DNA of 40,241 nt from Aduncisulcus paluster (GCA_024181965.1 BQXS01012650.1:1-40241), one strand, 5' to 3'. Counted from the first letter of the stretch, positions 1-13,100 are shown. Notes: generated by a model from the sequence alone, not told the origin. Program-made: numbers and translations.

Positions 1-681
1 CTCAAATCCATTCCATCAATATCCATCATTCCTCCCATTGTGACACTAAAATCTCCCTCTTCCGATGGATATATATTCGCCACACATGTTTGTTCTGGGA
101 TGGGAAGGGTAAAGGCTTCACATGAGAAATGTAAGATTCCATCATATTACAATGTTTTGACTGGAAGTGAGATCAAATGCAGATGTCTTGACTTCGGTCG
201 TGTGTGTTATACAATTGATGAATTCAAAGTGAAAGATACTGTTAGTGAAGCTGCAGATGAAATAGAGAAAGATGAAAAGGAGAAGGTTACAAGTGATACA
301 TCTAATCCTGAGCTTCCACAAACTGTCCACTCTTCCCTTATCCAATACACTCATCCACAACATCTCCTTGTCAAGATGACATTCACAGAAGAGAGATCCA
401 TGAGACAATCCATGTATGACTTTATTGAACAGACTGGGGCTGGTGTGGAGGTATTGTTTGATGAACAGACACACTCGTTTGAGGGGTACAATCAATATGG
501 ATGGAAAGAGGGAATGGAAATCATTGTCGAAGAGGAAGAAGAGGAGAATGTTCACGAGGAAGAAATCGAAGAAATTGGTGATCAAGAAAACCAGGAAGAA
601 AATAATAATATGATTGAAGAATCAGATAGTGTTGAGGATTATGAGGATACTATTGACACAATTGAGGAAAGTCAAGAATAA
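1..681 (+). CDS. Hypothetical protein, 5'-partial, with an acidic C-terminal tail
   Basis: Frame 1 is open from base 1 (LKSIPSISIIPPIVTLK...) to TAA 679-681. The track start at 40 is a GTG, so the gene begins upstream of the window. The tail is E/D-rich and I recognise no domain. Confidence 0.6.
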   Translation, partial: LKSIPSISIIPPIVTLKSPSSDGYIFATHVCSGMGRVKASHEKCKIPSYYNVLTGSEIKCRCLDFGRVCYTIDEFKVKDTVSEAADEIEKDEKEKVTSDTSNPELPQTVHSSLIQYTHPQHLLVKMTFTEERSMRQSMYDFIEQTGAGVEVLFDEQTHSFEGYNQYGWKEGMEIIVEEEEEENVHEEEIEEIGDQENQEENNNMIEESDSVEDYEDTIDTIEESQE

Positions 682-2386
682 GAAAGAATATGAAAAACAT
701 ATCTGCTATTTCCTTGGTTTTTCTGATCAACTTAATCAGTCTGATCTCATTTGGAGAACAATATTTGGAAAAAAATATGAAACAAATTATTTTAAAAAAA
801 AATCAAATTGAGGATTATCAGCCCAATATCTTCGTTATGTGTTAAAATGATGTTCTTAAATGCTTAACAATGCTTAATAATGGAAATATGAAATGACTTT
901 TCTAAAAATAGAATTTCTAAAAATAGATTTTGTTTTTCCAATATAGTGTGTTTGGTTCCATTTTTTGGTTTAAAAGCCTTTGATGCAATTTTTTTTCATT
1001 CGGAATCAGCTCAATTTGTAAATAGTAAACTATTCTTGTGATCAGTTGAAGATATCCGATAATCGAATCATTTGTGGCGTGTCTGGGTGGACTCTGAGGT
1101 ATTCAATGACATCTCTTCGAAATGATATCCCCGTGAAAAATGAGGATGTGGATATGGGAAACTAAACCTGACATCACAGGAGAATATCCAGAGAGAATCG
1201 TCACCTTGTAATAGATATATACTCGCTATATATCTATATAGTGAATATTTACAGCATTTCAATGCTTCGTATGAATATGAGCCAAAGAACTGATCAGGGA
1301 AAACATATCTTGAATCAGGGCTCGGAACGCAGGGAGTTTAAACCTCTTAAACTCTTTTAATAAATTTGGTCCGATATAAAACTTTTATTCTTATAAACGA
1401 CCCCTCTAGAGTATTTCAACCTCGAGCTACCGAGAGACACCAATCACATATATCTCATAGAGGTTGATGTCATTGTGTTACTGTAAAATAACAATAAAGA
1501 TAATGGAGTGATCTTTTACTTAATAATGAGAATCTGATGAATAAAAAAATGTTGAAAATGCATTGACAAGATCCAACTTGAACAGAAACAGAATCTCCCA
1601 TTACAAATTCTTGAATTAGACCAAACTTTCCAAAACTAACATTTCCATTGGACAAGTTTAACTTGAATAAACCCCCCAATAATCTCTCAAAATGATGAGT
1701 AAAATTTAAAATTTCAACATTTTAAACATATTCCACTCTTAAATAGAATAGAACATCGATCTGCAGTAGAAAAACACAATTACCTACTCTGCCAAGCGAA
1801 TACATACTTAAAATGCCTGATAACAAGCAAATACAGGTATAATATCGAATATAGAGATAGAGTAATTTCATGTGTTTCTAAAAATAGAAATTCTAAAAAT
1901 AGATATCATCATTTAGTTTTCACTTATTTCTGGTGTTTCTATCCCTGTAAGTGCATGAATAGTTGGAAATAACATATTTTTTGCTATGGATTGATCAATT
2001 TTCTTGCATGTCATGAAGAGAGAAGAAGGATATTGGATGGAGTTGAAGCAGAAAATCAGAACAGACTCAATTCCTGACCTAAGTATTGTAACAAAGAGAT
2101 TAAATCGATTGAATGGTTATCCTTTTAGGGTAAATTGTTATAATGTTGGATCAATTAATCTCATTCGAACGCTCAATAGAATCAACAGATATGGGATATA
2201 TGATATGTCAGTAAAATAAAAGCTCAGTAATATTGGTAACTTCGGCTATTACATCTTTATGTCAAGATATTTAATCTATCTTAATAAAATCATTTAATCA
2301 CGGTTGAATCCTGGCGTTCAACAATGGTCACAATTAAAAAGTAACACTGAGTGTTTATTAACACTAGATCTATCCGTTCAATTATG

Positions 2387-2442
2387 GATTCTATTGAAAG
2401 ATTCTATTGAAAGATTCTATTGAAAGATTCTATTGAAAGATT
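2387..2442. repeat. Tandem repeat, 13-bp unit GATTCTATTGAAA x ~4.3
   Basis: Perfect copies start at 2387, 2400, 2413 and 2426. The last copy overlaps the minus-strand TAG stop at 2430-2432. Confidence 0.95.
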
Positions 2443-5400
2443 TTCCGTAATTCATTCCGAGCCTCATCAGCAAGGAGTTGTCTGGAACAGAGCTCATCGA
2501 GGATGCCTGGAACTGTCAATGTAGAGCCATCAAATTCTCTTCCAAGTTTGTGACATTGCTCGATCACATTGTTTTTGTTGATCTCTCGTTGCGAATCCAA
2601 TTTATCTTTCCCATTGTTATATATATCCAGTAACAATAAACTTTCTTTTATATTTGAGTTATTGTCCAAATCTAATTTCTTACATGTTATTTTAGTCATG
2701 CTTTTCCTCTTGATCTGCTCAATTCGATCAACCCCACAGGCATGGTCGAATACTTCAACCCAGAGCATTGAAAATACACGACAAATTGACTCAATGTTGA
2801 TAGAGTTTGACCATCCGTCAACACTGCGTGTCTTTGGGTGCAAAACATCATAATCTGAAGGAAGTGAGTCTGGACTAATCGAGAAAGCAGCCGCCTGTTC
2901 GTAAGGAAAAGAAGAAGAGAAAGACGCGGAAGAAGAAGAGAAAGACGCGGAAGAGGAAGAGGAAGGGAAGAAGATTGTGCATCTGATCCATAAGTATTTG
3001 TAGAATTGTAACCAGACCTCCTTGAGAAGGCTATCTGAGCCAATCTCTCGCGACGGGAAGAGAGATGGGACGACATTCGTGATTTTCGGTCCTGCGAATG
3101 AGTTTGGTGAGATCCAATCATACCTGTTTGGGCTGAGGAAACGGAGTGGTGGGTTTGGTGAAGCTGTTTTTGTTTCTCAATCTCACTATATATAGATTCA
3201 CGAGCAGTGTCAAGCTCTAGACGTTTGAGCGATCTCAATAAAAAGTCGAAGGATGAAAATAGATCGTGAGAAAGAGAGACACAGGGCAAGAAGGTGGAAT
3301 ATAGCTTTTGCCAGGAAGATATGTATTGCAATTCATTCTTAATGTCTAACATAATCGTTGATGGCAGCTCTTCTTCTTCTTCTTCTTTTTTACGAATGAT
3401 TATTTTGTTGTTTTCCCCCTTGGATTCTTCCCATTGTTTCACAAGAGATCCAGCAAGCTTGATTTCAGAGCAAGCATCAAAAATGAAAGCACAAACATTC
3501 TCCCAAACCTTCTCGATCGCTTGTTTAAGTCCACGATTCAATCTCTCACACTCTTCTTTTATCTCAGATTGAACTCTTTTCATGGACACTCGGATACTGG
3601 TTGGACACACACCAGAGCAGAGGGCAAGAGACAGGGACAGGGAATCGGGGGACATTGTAAATGAATGGAGAGTGGACATTGGAGGAATAACGGGTGAGAA
3701 AGAAGGAGCAGATGATGCAAACTGTGTTGGTGATAACGGTAATAACAAAGCAGATGCAGTATCTGAGGGTAGCGATGAACAAGATGAACAAGATGAACGA
3801 GATGAACGAAATGAACGAGATGGTGTCATTTGAGATGAATAATCGGATATATCATAACACGATTGTGATGAATGCTTGAGTTGAGATCTCATTGTCTCTA
3901 AATGTTGTAAATGATCGAGAATTCCCGAGACTGTCTCTTTAGAATCCTTCTCTGTCTTCGGAATAATGCATTGAATTGAACTCTTCGATACATGTTTGGG
4001 ATTGTCTCCTCGAGATTCAGGCGAACGATGTGAGATGGAATAGGAATCATATATTGTCTGGAAAATGGCATAAAAGTCGGATATTATTTCTTTTAGCTTA
4101 ACAATTCCATCCAAAAAGTCATTTTTAGACTTAGAAAAGGCATTTCTGGCACGTTCAACATGGAATAGAGTCNNNNNNNNNNNNNNNNNNNNTACGAATG
4201 ATTATTTTGTTGTTTTCCCCCTTGGATTCTTCCCATTGTTTCACAAGAGATCCAGCAAGCTTGATTTCAGAGCAAGCATCAAAAATGAAAGCACAAACAT
4301 TCTCCCAAACCTTCTCGATCGCTTGTTTAAGTCCACGATTCAATCTCTCACACTCTTCTTTTATCTCAGATTGAACTCTTTTCATGGACACTCGGATACT
4401 GGTTGGACACAGACCAGAGCAGAGGGCAAGAGACAGGGACAGGGAATCGGGGGACATTGTAAATGAATGGAGAGTGGACATTGGAGGAATAACGGGTGAG
4501 AAAGAAGGAGCAGATGATGCAAACTGTGTTGGTGAAAACTGTAATAACAAAGCAGATGCAGTATCTGAGGGTAGCGATGAACAAGATGAACAAGATGAAC
4601 GATATGAACGAGATGAATAAGATGAACGAGATGGTGTCATTTGAGATGAATAATCGGATATATCATAACATGATTGTGATGAATGCTTGAGTTGAGATCT
4701 CATTGTCTCTAAATGTTGTAAATGATCGAGAATTCCCGAGACTGTCTCTTTAGAATCCTTCTCTGTCTTCGGAATAATGCATTGAATTGAACTCTTCGAT
4801 ACATGTTTGGGATTGTCTCCTCGAGATTCAGGCGAACGATGTGAGATGGAATAGGAATTATATATTGTCTGGAAAATGCCATAAAAGTCAGATATTATTT
4901 CTTTTAGCTTAACAATTCCATCCAAAAAGTCTTTTTTAGACTTAGAAAAGGCATTTCTGGCACGTTCAACATGGAATAGAGTCGAAACCAAGAGTTGGCT
5001 TTGTCGTGGGATCTTCACTGAGGCTGCCCATCGTTGTAATGGAGAAAGTTGTGTGGTATGGTCTAATATATTATAATCTTCATGCAAATCTTCTTCAGAA
5101 TAAATAAACTCACGGGAGGAAGGGGAAATAACTTCAGAGGAAACATCGTATAACCCTCCTGATTCATCATCATATAACCCTCCTGATGTACCATCACTAT
5201 CGGAGGGTTCTATTTGGATGGAAGCAATTTTAACTCCATTATATGTCAAAACATTGATATGGGCATCGTCATCCTCAACAGCGATTAGCATGTCAAGAGG
5301 AGCGATATCAGAGGGAATAGAACATTTATAGTGTGATTTTGGAATTATTATAATTGATTCACGTGGAGATGAAGATTTGTCCGAATATATATTAGCCAAA

Positions 5401-5639
5401 GATACTTGAAAAACTATTTTTCCATCTACAATCGATAAAACAACTATATTGAAATCTTTAAGGGTGGCTACAATATAATCATTATTTTTCGCCAAAGATA
5501 TTGAAATTATTTCAATGGACGATTCCCATGACCAATAGGAATCATCCATATTTTCTTTCGGGGAGCAGCAAACAAAATATTTATATTTTTGGGTAAGAAA
5601 ACAAAAGAGTTTTCTTACATAAAAACAGAAATTCTCCAT
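2430..5639 (-). CDS. Putative anaphase-promoting complex subunit 4 (APC4)-like protein, ~802 aa after removing the gap duplication and correcting a 1-nt frameshift near 2965
   Basis: ORFs 4155-5639, 2696-4114 and 2430-2843 are one gene: 3391-4172 duplicates 4193-4983. The N-terminus has WD40-like strands (FVCCSPKENM resembles APC4 FLVWSPKRDL; IISISLAKNNDYIVATLKDFNIVVLSIVDGKIV). A helical block LALCSG..TSIRVSM...RLNRGLKQAIEKVWENVCAFI recalls the Apc4 long domain. The CDS is well supported; the APC4 identity is tentative. Confidence 0.45.
3391..4983. repeat. Gap-flanking direct duplication (3391-4172 vs 4193-4983), probably two haplotypes
   Basis: The ~780-bp copies are separated by 20 N. They differ by at least 8 substitutions and by one extra 9-bp unit in a GATGAACRA-type tandem. 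Confidence 0.9.
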
Positions 5640-6815
5640 AACAATACAATAACAAGCCTATTGCTCCGAAAATCAATGTTGTTGATGTTCGATGATCAAA
5701 TAGTAAACAGCAGCAAAGTATAGCAAGAGTAAATAATATAGCCTGGATACAAGAAATTTATTAGAATATTTTTTAAATTTCAGAAGGAAAAGTTCTGTCN
5801 NNNNNNNNNNNNNNNNNNNNNNNNNNNNTCTACAATCGATAAAACAACTATATTGAAATCTTTAAGGGTGGCTACAATATAATCATTATTTTTCGCCAAA
5901 GATATTGAAATTATTTCAATGGACGATTCCCATGACCAATAGGAATCATCCATATTTTCTTTCGGGGAGCAGCAAACAAAATATTTATATTTTTGGGTAA
6001 GAAAACAAAAGAGTTTTCTTACATAAAAACAGAAATTCTCCATAACAATACAATAACAAGCCTATTGCTCCGAAAATCAATGTTGTTGATGTTCGATGAT
6101 CAAATAGTAAACAGCAGCAAAGTATAGCAAGAGTAAATAATATAGCCTGGATACAAGAAATTTATTAGAATATTTTTTAAATTTCAGAAGGAAAAGTTCT
6201 GTCTTGTGGAGGTAAACACATATTAGAACCTATTCACACCCCTTCTGGTCTCGAGAATGGGGATATTTCCTTAATATCATACAACTTTCGAGAAGAATTA
6301 ACACTTAAATATTGATGAAAACATGTCGTTGTGCAGAAAACAACGACTTTTATGAAAATGGGGTTCAACAANNNNNNNNNNNNNNNNNNNNATCCATATT
6401 TTCTTTCGGGGAGCAGCAAACAAAATATTTATATTTTTGGGTAAGAAAACAAAAGAGTTTTCTTACATAAAAACAGAAATTCTCCATAACAATACAATAA
6501 CAAGCCTATTGCTCCGAAAATCAATGTTGTTGATGTTCGATGATCAAATAGTAAACAGCAGCAAAGTATAGCAAGAGTAAATAATATAGCCTGGATACAA
6601 GAAATTTATTAGAATATTTTTTAAATTTCAGAAGGAAAAGTTCTGTCTTGTGGAGGTAAACACATATTAGAACCTATTCACACCCCTTCTGGTCTCGAGA
6701 ATGGGGATATTTCCTTAATATCATACAACTTTCGAGAAGAATTAACACTTAAATATTGATGAAAACATGTCGTTGTGCAGAAAACAACGACTTTTATGAA
6801 AATGGGGTTCAACAA
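5424..6815. repeat. Three overlapping copies of the same sequence separated by N-gaps at 5800-5828 and 6372-6391 (assembly overlap)
   Basis: Sequence restarting at 5829 and 6392 repeats earlier sequence, apparently identically. This produces the spurious ORFs 5780-6043 and 6234-6419. Confidence 0.9.
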
Positions 6816-7150
6816 TGGTTGTTGCAAATAATATTAAAATATTTTAGAATTCACAAAATATTTTATCGACATATCCAATTATTATTCCCTGCAACATAGA
6901 TATCCAAAATGACTTCTTGAAAGTTTCATCGTTTGGCTACAATTGATATACCATTCGGAGTCATTTTTGTAATTCCAAGTACGTTTTGCATTATTAATGT
7001 TTTTTTACTCCCATTCATATCCATGAATATCGTCTAATGTTTTTGCCTCAATGACTGTTTCCATTATCTCTTAATTATAGGGATATTTTCACTGACCCCT
7101 TTTATTCAATATCAACCTTAATTGTAGTTGTATAATATCGTATTCTATCA

Positions 7151-10100
7151 ATGGAAAAGGACAGATCTAAACCATTGAGAAATTCCTCACATAGAGGGTC
7201 TTCCTCTTCGCCGAAACCAATTCTGGCCACAAGCGTAAAAAACATGATTCCAAGACATTAACTTCCGCATCTGCTCTCGAATCTCTGTGTCGATTGGGTG
7301 AAGGTGGATTTGGAGAAGTTAATCTTGTGGCTATTAAAGGAATCGATGGTGTTTATGTCCTCAAGAAAATGCTTCGAGTTGGAGATAAGGGAGTTATTAA
7401 AGCATGCCATAAAGAATTTAAGACACAATTAAAACTGTTCATGAACCCAAGATGTTTCAATCGTATTCCTCGTCCGATGTACATTCTTGATCTTCTCGAT
7501 GAGAAATATGAAGGAGTCTATGGATTCTGCATGGAATACTGTCGAGGTGGCAGTGTTAAAGACTTTGCTAAGAGTTGGTGTGCACCTGCTGTGGGAGTTT
7601 CATCCGTTAAGCATAATGAGGACTCTGAAGATTCAACCTCTGAGTCAAGCTCTGAGTCAAGCTCTGAACAATCCATTCACATTAATCCCATGACATTAAA
7701 CCCTCTTCGTGTTGCTTCCTTATGTGTTGGAATGATTGAGTGTCTAGATGACGTATTCATGGCCAAACCTGATCTTGCCCATCGAGATGTGAAACCTGAC
7801 AATTTCCTTGTTCGTTTTGATGACAAAAGTGGAGAATGTACCATTGCTCTTGCTGATCTCGGTCTTGCCAGAATCCAAGATTCCATCTCGTCCTCTTCCT
7901 CTTCCAAGAGTTTCGAAGCCTCTTCCTCTCACCTTAAATCCCATGATAAAGCTGATGCAAAAACCAAAGACCGCTCTATTTGTGGGACTTTGGTTTATAA
8001 TTCTTTTGAGGCACTTCGATTTGGTCAACAGAGCCAAGAAAGTGATGCCCATTCTCTTGGTATGTCCATTCTTGCATTATTCACATGTCAAGACCCCTTT
8101 GTCAACATGACGATCTTTAGAGGAATCTCTGACCCTGTTGATATTGTTAGTAAGCTTGTCTCACTCATGGAGAAGAATCTAACTCCTCAAATATCCAGTG
8201 AGCCTCTTTTCAGAACCCTCAAGACCATTGAAGGTGGCAAGTTTAAGCCTGTCCATGATTGTCTGAATGAAGTGTTCAAAGGTCTGACTTTATTGGATGT
8301 TGAAGAACGTATGAAAGTGCACACTGCTCGTGAGAAAGTTCAGTCGATTAAGCATCTCCTCCCAAAGATTGGAGAAGGTTGGAAATGTCCATCCATTGAT
8401 GATATTGTGAAGATGCAACTTGAGGAATATGGAGGTGATCCTGGGAGTATCATTGAAGGAATTGAGGGTGGGAAGAAAGATATGACAGACATGGACCATG
8501 AATCTCTTCAAAGCATCAAACAGTTTGATCAAGCTTGGGATGATAGCTTGAGGAGTCAAGTCATCATTCCATCTTCCTCTTCCTCATCCTCATCCGATCC
8601 TCTGATTCAACTGACACGAATGAATCCCCTTTCACCCTCTGACCTCAAGACAATGGTTAGAGACATTAAAGGGATAGTATCACAAGGATCTCTGACATCT
8701 CTCTATGAACAGTCGTCTCGTCGTCTCAAGGAAACTTTTGAAGAATGGCTCATCAAGTTCTCTATAAACTCCATTCCCATCTCATCCTCTTCCCTTGCAT
8801 CTGGTATCTCTCTGTTCACACTTTGTTTCGAATGTCTCTCCCTATTCGTACGACATGAACACTCTTCATCCCCAATCTCTGCTATTGATGCAGCAGCTGG
8901 AAGTGTGAGTACATTGACACTTGATGAAGAGTCTTTCAAAGATTTGATTGAGACCTTTTTAGCACCCATGATTCGAGTTGTATCTTCTCTGAGAAAGCTG
9001 GATGAAGATACCGAAGGAAAAGGTAATGAAAGTCTCATTGTTATTGAAAGAGCATTGGTTCATATTGTGTTGATTGCTGAAGAGACAGTTGATGATTTCA
9101 AGTCTAAACTGATTCCTCAAATATCTTCTGTATTGATGCGGGTTGTTGATGAATTTGATCATAAAACTTTGGTTGATACTATTAAGAAATGTCCAGATTC
9201 AGAGTCAACTTCAAAAATTTACCACGAACATCGAGAATCCATTCTCTCTGTCTTCCTTGCATATCAATCTAGAAGTGAAATTGAAGAACATAAGAAGGAG
9301 ATTGTTCTGTGTTGTCAGTGTTTGGATGAGTTTGTTAGACATGATATTTCTGGAACTAATATCTTTCTCCCTATTCCTGATCTGAATGATCTCATTGGCA
9401 CTTTCATTTGTCATCTCTCAAGAGTTGAGAGTGTATTGGAAGGATCAGTTGATGAAGAGTATTGTAATATTTGTATAAACTATACTTTCAAAGTTACAGA
9501 TAAAAAGGATTCCTTCTTCCCCAAGATATCTCCCAATTTCCACAGCATTCTTGAAAGGGGAAGTAAGGAGAAGTTGGAAGGGAATGTTCCGAGGTGGTTA
9601 TTACAGACCCTCAGAAATATCTCCATTTCCAAATCTTCCTCCACTCGATCATCCATTTTCACCCTCATCAAACCATATGCCAAGGATTGGATGAGAATAT
9701 ATGGAGATATTAAGAATTATGAAGAGTGTATTGTTATATTGGCAAAGCTTACTTGGTCACCAGAAGATGATTCTCCAAACAAACGCATCAGTTCCGAATC
9801 ATGGCCATTCTTTCATCCTATTCTTGATGTTGTGAAGAGAAAGTGTATCGTGGGTGATAAAATTATTCAGGATAACTATTTCAACGTTTTGGTCTTCTTC
9901 TCAAATATGTGTTGTGATCCCTCTCATGTTCATGAAATATATGACAACATCAAGGATCTTCTCGATGGTTGGTATGAAGCTGTGAAGAAGAAGAAACACG
10001 AATGGGGAATCAAATACTGGTCACAACTCATTTCCATGCTATCCACTTCTCCATCTCTTGTTCCTTTCTTGTCTCCTAAATATGACACCCATATGGAGTG

Positions 10101-13100
10101 GTGTAAAGAGAATGGAGGTTGGGGGAGTGAGTATTCAAAGTATTTCACAAACTGTTATCCTCACCTGAAGAAATGGGGCGATATTATTGATTCCATCACG
10201 AAATGTCCAGATTCAGAATCAACTTCTAAACTCTACCATGAACATCGAGATGGATTTCTTTCTGTCTTTCATGGATTCGAATCAAAGAGTGAGATTGAAG
10301 ACCACAAAAGGGAGATTGTTGTGTGTTGTCAATGTTTAAGATGGTTTGTTAGACATGATATTTCTGGAACTAATATCTTTCTCCCTATCTCTGATCTGAA
10401 TGATCTCATTGATACTTTCATTGATCATCTCTCAAGAGTTGAGAGTGTATTGGAAGCAGCTGTTGATGAAGATTATTGTTATATTTGTCTTGGTTATACC
10501 TGCAAAGTTCGAGATAAATGTGATTCCTTCCTCTCCAAGATATCTCCGACTTTCCACCGCATTCTTGAAAGAGGAAGCAAGGAGAAGTTGAAAGGGAATG
10601 TTTCAATGTGGTTATTAATTACCCTCAGAAATATCTCCATTTCCAAATCTTCCTCCACTCGATCATCCATCTTCACCCTCATCAAACCATATGCCAAGGA
10701 TTGGATGAGAATATATGGAGATATTAAGTATTATGAACAGTGGATTGTTATATTGGCAAACCTTACTTGGTCATCAGAAGATAAATCTCCAAACTCAACT
10801 ATCTGTTCTGAATCATGGCCATTCTTCCATCCTATTCTTGATGTTGTGAAGAGAAAGTGTTCTGGGGATGAGATTGTTGAACATCAATATTTCTTTATTT
10901 TATTCTTCTTCTCAAACCTATGTTGTGATCCCTCCCATGTTCAAGAAATATATGAANNNNNNNNNNNNNNNNNNNNCCAAACTCAACTATCTGTTCTGAA
11001 TCATGGCCATTCTTCCATCCTATTCTTGATGTTGTGAAGAGAAAGTGTTCTGGGGATGAGATTGTTGAACATCAATATTTCTTTATTTTATTCTTCTTCT
11101 CAAACCTATGTTGTGATCCCTCCCATGTTCAAGAAATATATGAAACCATTAAAGATCTTCTCGATGGTTGGTTTGAAGCGATTAAGAAGAAGAAACACGA
11201 ATGGGGAATCAAATACTGGTCACTACTCATTTCCATGCTATCCACTTCTCCATCTCTTGTTCCTTTCTTGTCTCCTAAATATGACACCCATATGAAGTGG
11301 TGTAAGGGTAATGGAGGATCGAAGAGTGATTATTCAAGGTTTTTCACAAACTGTTATCCTCACCTGAAGAAATGGGGCGATATTATTGATTCCATCAAGA
11401 AATGTCCAGATTCAGAATCAACTTCTAAACTCTACCATGAACATCGAGATGGATTTCTTTCTGTCTTTCATGGATTCGAATCAAAGAGTGAGATTGAAGG
11501 ACACAAGAAAGAGATTGTTGTGTGTTGTCAATGTTTAAGATGGTTTGTTAGACATGTTATTTCTGGAAATTCTATCTTTCTCCCAATTCCTGATCTGAAT
11601 GATCTCATTGGCACTTTCATTGATCATCTATCAAGAGTTGAGAGTGTATTGGAAGGATCAGTTGATGAAGATTATTGTTATATTTGTGTGAGTTATCCTC
11701 ACAAAGTCAAAGATAAAAAGGATTCCTTCCTTCTCAAGATATCTCCCACTTTCTACCGCATTCTTGAAAGAGGAAGCAAGGAAAAGTTGGAAGGGAATGT
11801 TCCAAAGTGGCTGTTAATTACCCTCAAAAATATCTCTAATTCAGCTTCTTCCTCCACTCGATCATCCATCTTCACCCTCATCAAACCATACGTCAAAGAT
11901 TGGATGAGAATATATGGAGATATTGAGTATTATGAAAGGTGGATGATAATATTGAATCACCTTACTTGGTCATCAGAAGATGATTCTCCAAACAAACGCA
12001 TCTGTTCCGAATCATGGCCATTCTTCCATCCTATTCTTGATGTTGTGAAGAGAGAATGTTCTGGGGATAAGATTGTTGAGAAATATTATTACCAGGTTTT
12101 AGATTTCTTCTCAAACCTATGTTGTGATCCCTCTCATGCTGTTGAAATATATGACAACATCAAGGATCTTCTCGATGGTTGGTATGAAGCTGTGAAGAAG
12201 AAGAAACATGAACTGGGAATTCGATACTGGTGCCAACTCATTTCAACATTTTCAACAGTTCCAACTCTTGTTCCTCATTTATCTCCAAAATACGATATTG
12301 CTATGAAATGGTGTAAGGATAATAGGCTTTGTTGTAAATATTATTCAAAATATTTCGCTAGTTGTTATCCTCTTCTTTGGAAATTGGAAGGCTTGATTAA
12401 TTCTATCAAAGAATGTTCTGATTCCGAGGCAACTTCTAAACTTTACCTCAACAATCGAGAATCCATTCTCTCTATCTTCATTGCATCACAATCCAGAGAT
12501 AAAATTGAAGAACACAAAAAGGAACTTGTATTGTGTTTTCAATGTTTAAGATGGTTTGTTAAACATGTAGTTTCTAAAAAGAATATCTATCTCCCTATCC
12601 CTGATCTGAATGATCTCATAGACACTTTCATTGGTCATCTCTCAAGAGTTGAGGATGTTTTGGAAGGAGATGTTGATGAAGATTATTGTTATATTTGTAT
12701 TGATTATACCTGCAAAGTTCGAGATAAATGTGATTCCTTCCTCCCCAAGATATCTCCCACTTTCCACCGCATTCTTGAAAGAGGAAGCAAGGAGAAGTTG
12801 AAAGGGAATGTTTCAATGTGGTTATTAATTACCCTCAGAAATATCTCCATTTCCAAATCTTCCTCCACTCGATCATCCCTCTTCACCCTCATCAAACCAT
12901 ATGCCAAGGATTGGATGAGAATATATGGAGATATTAAGTATTATGAACAGTGGATTGTTATATTGGCAAACCTTACTTGGTCATCAGAAGATAAATCTCC
13001 AAACTCAACTATCTGTTCTGAATCATGGCCATTCTTCCATCCTATTCTTGATGTTGTGAAGAGAAAGTGTTCTGGGGATGAGATTGTTGAACATCAATAT

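Noticed and set aside
1068-2219. Short ORFs and a possible spliced minus-strand gene (ATG 1871, GTATGT at 1807)
   Set aside because: The acceptors I tried all reach a stop quickly, and no motif is recognisable.
2387-2442. CRISPR-like or telomeric array
   Set aside because: It is a head-to-tail 13-mer with no spacers and no cas genes, in a eukaryotic context.
5555-5760. Upstream hydrophobic exon and GTAAG intron joining via TAA into the APC4-like frame, which would suggest a TAA=Gln code
   Set aside because: TRM112, RPC3 and CFAP43 end at TAA exactly where expected, and the long ORFs have no in-frame TAA/TAG. The donor also differs from GTATGT.
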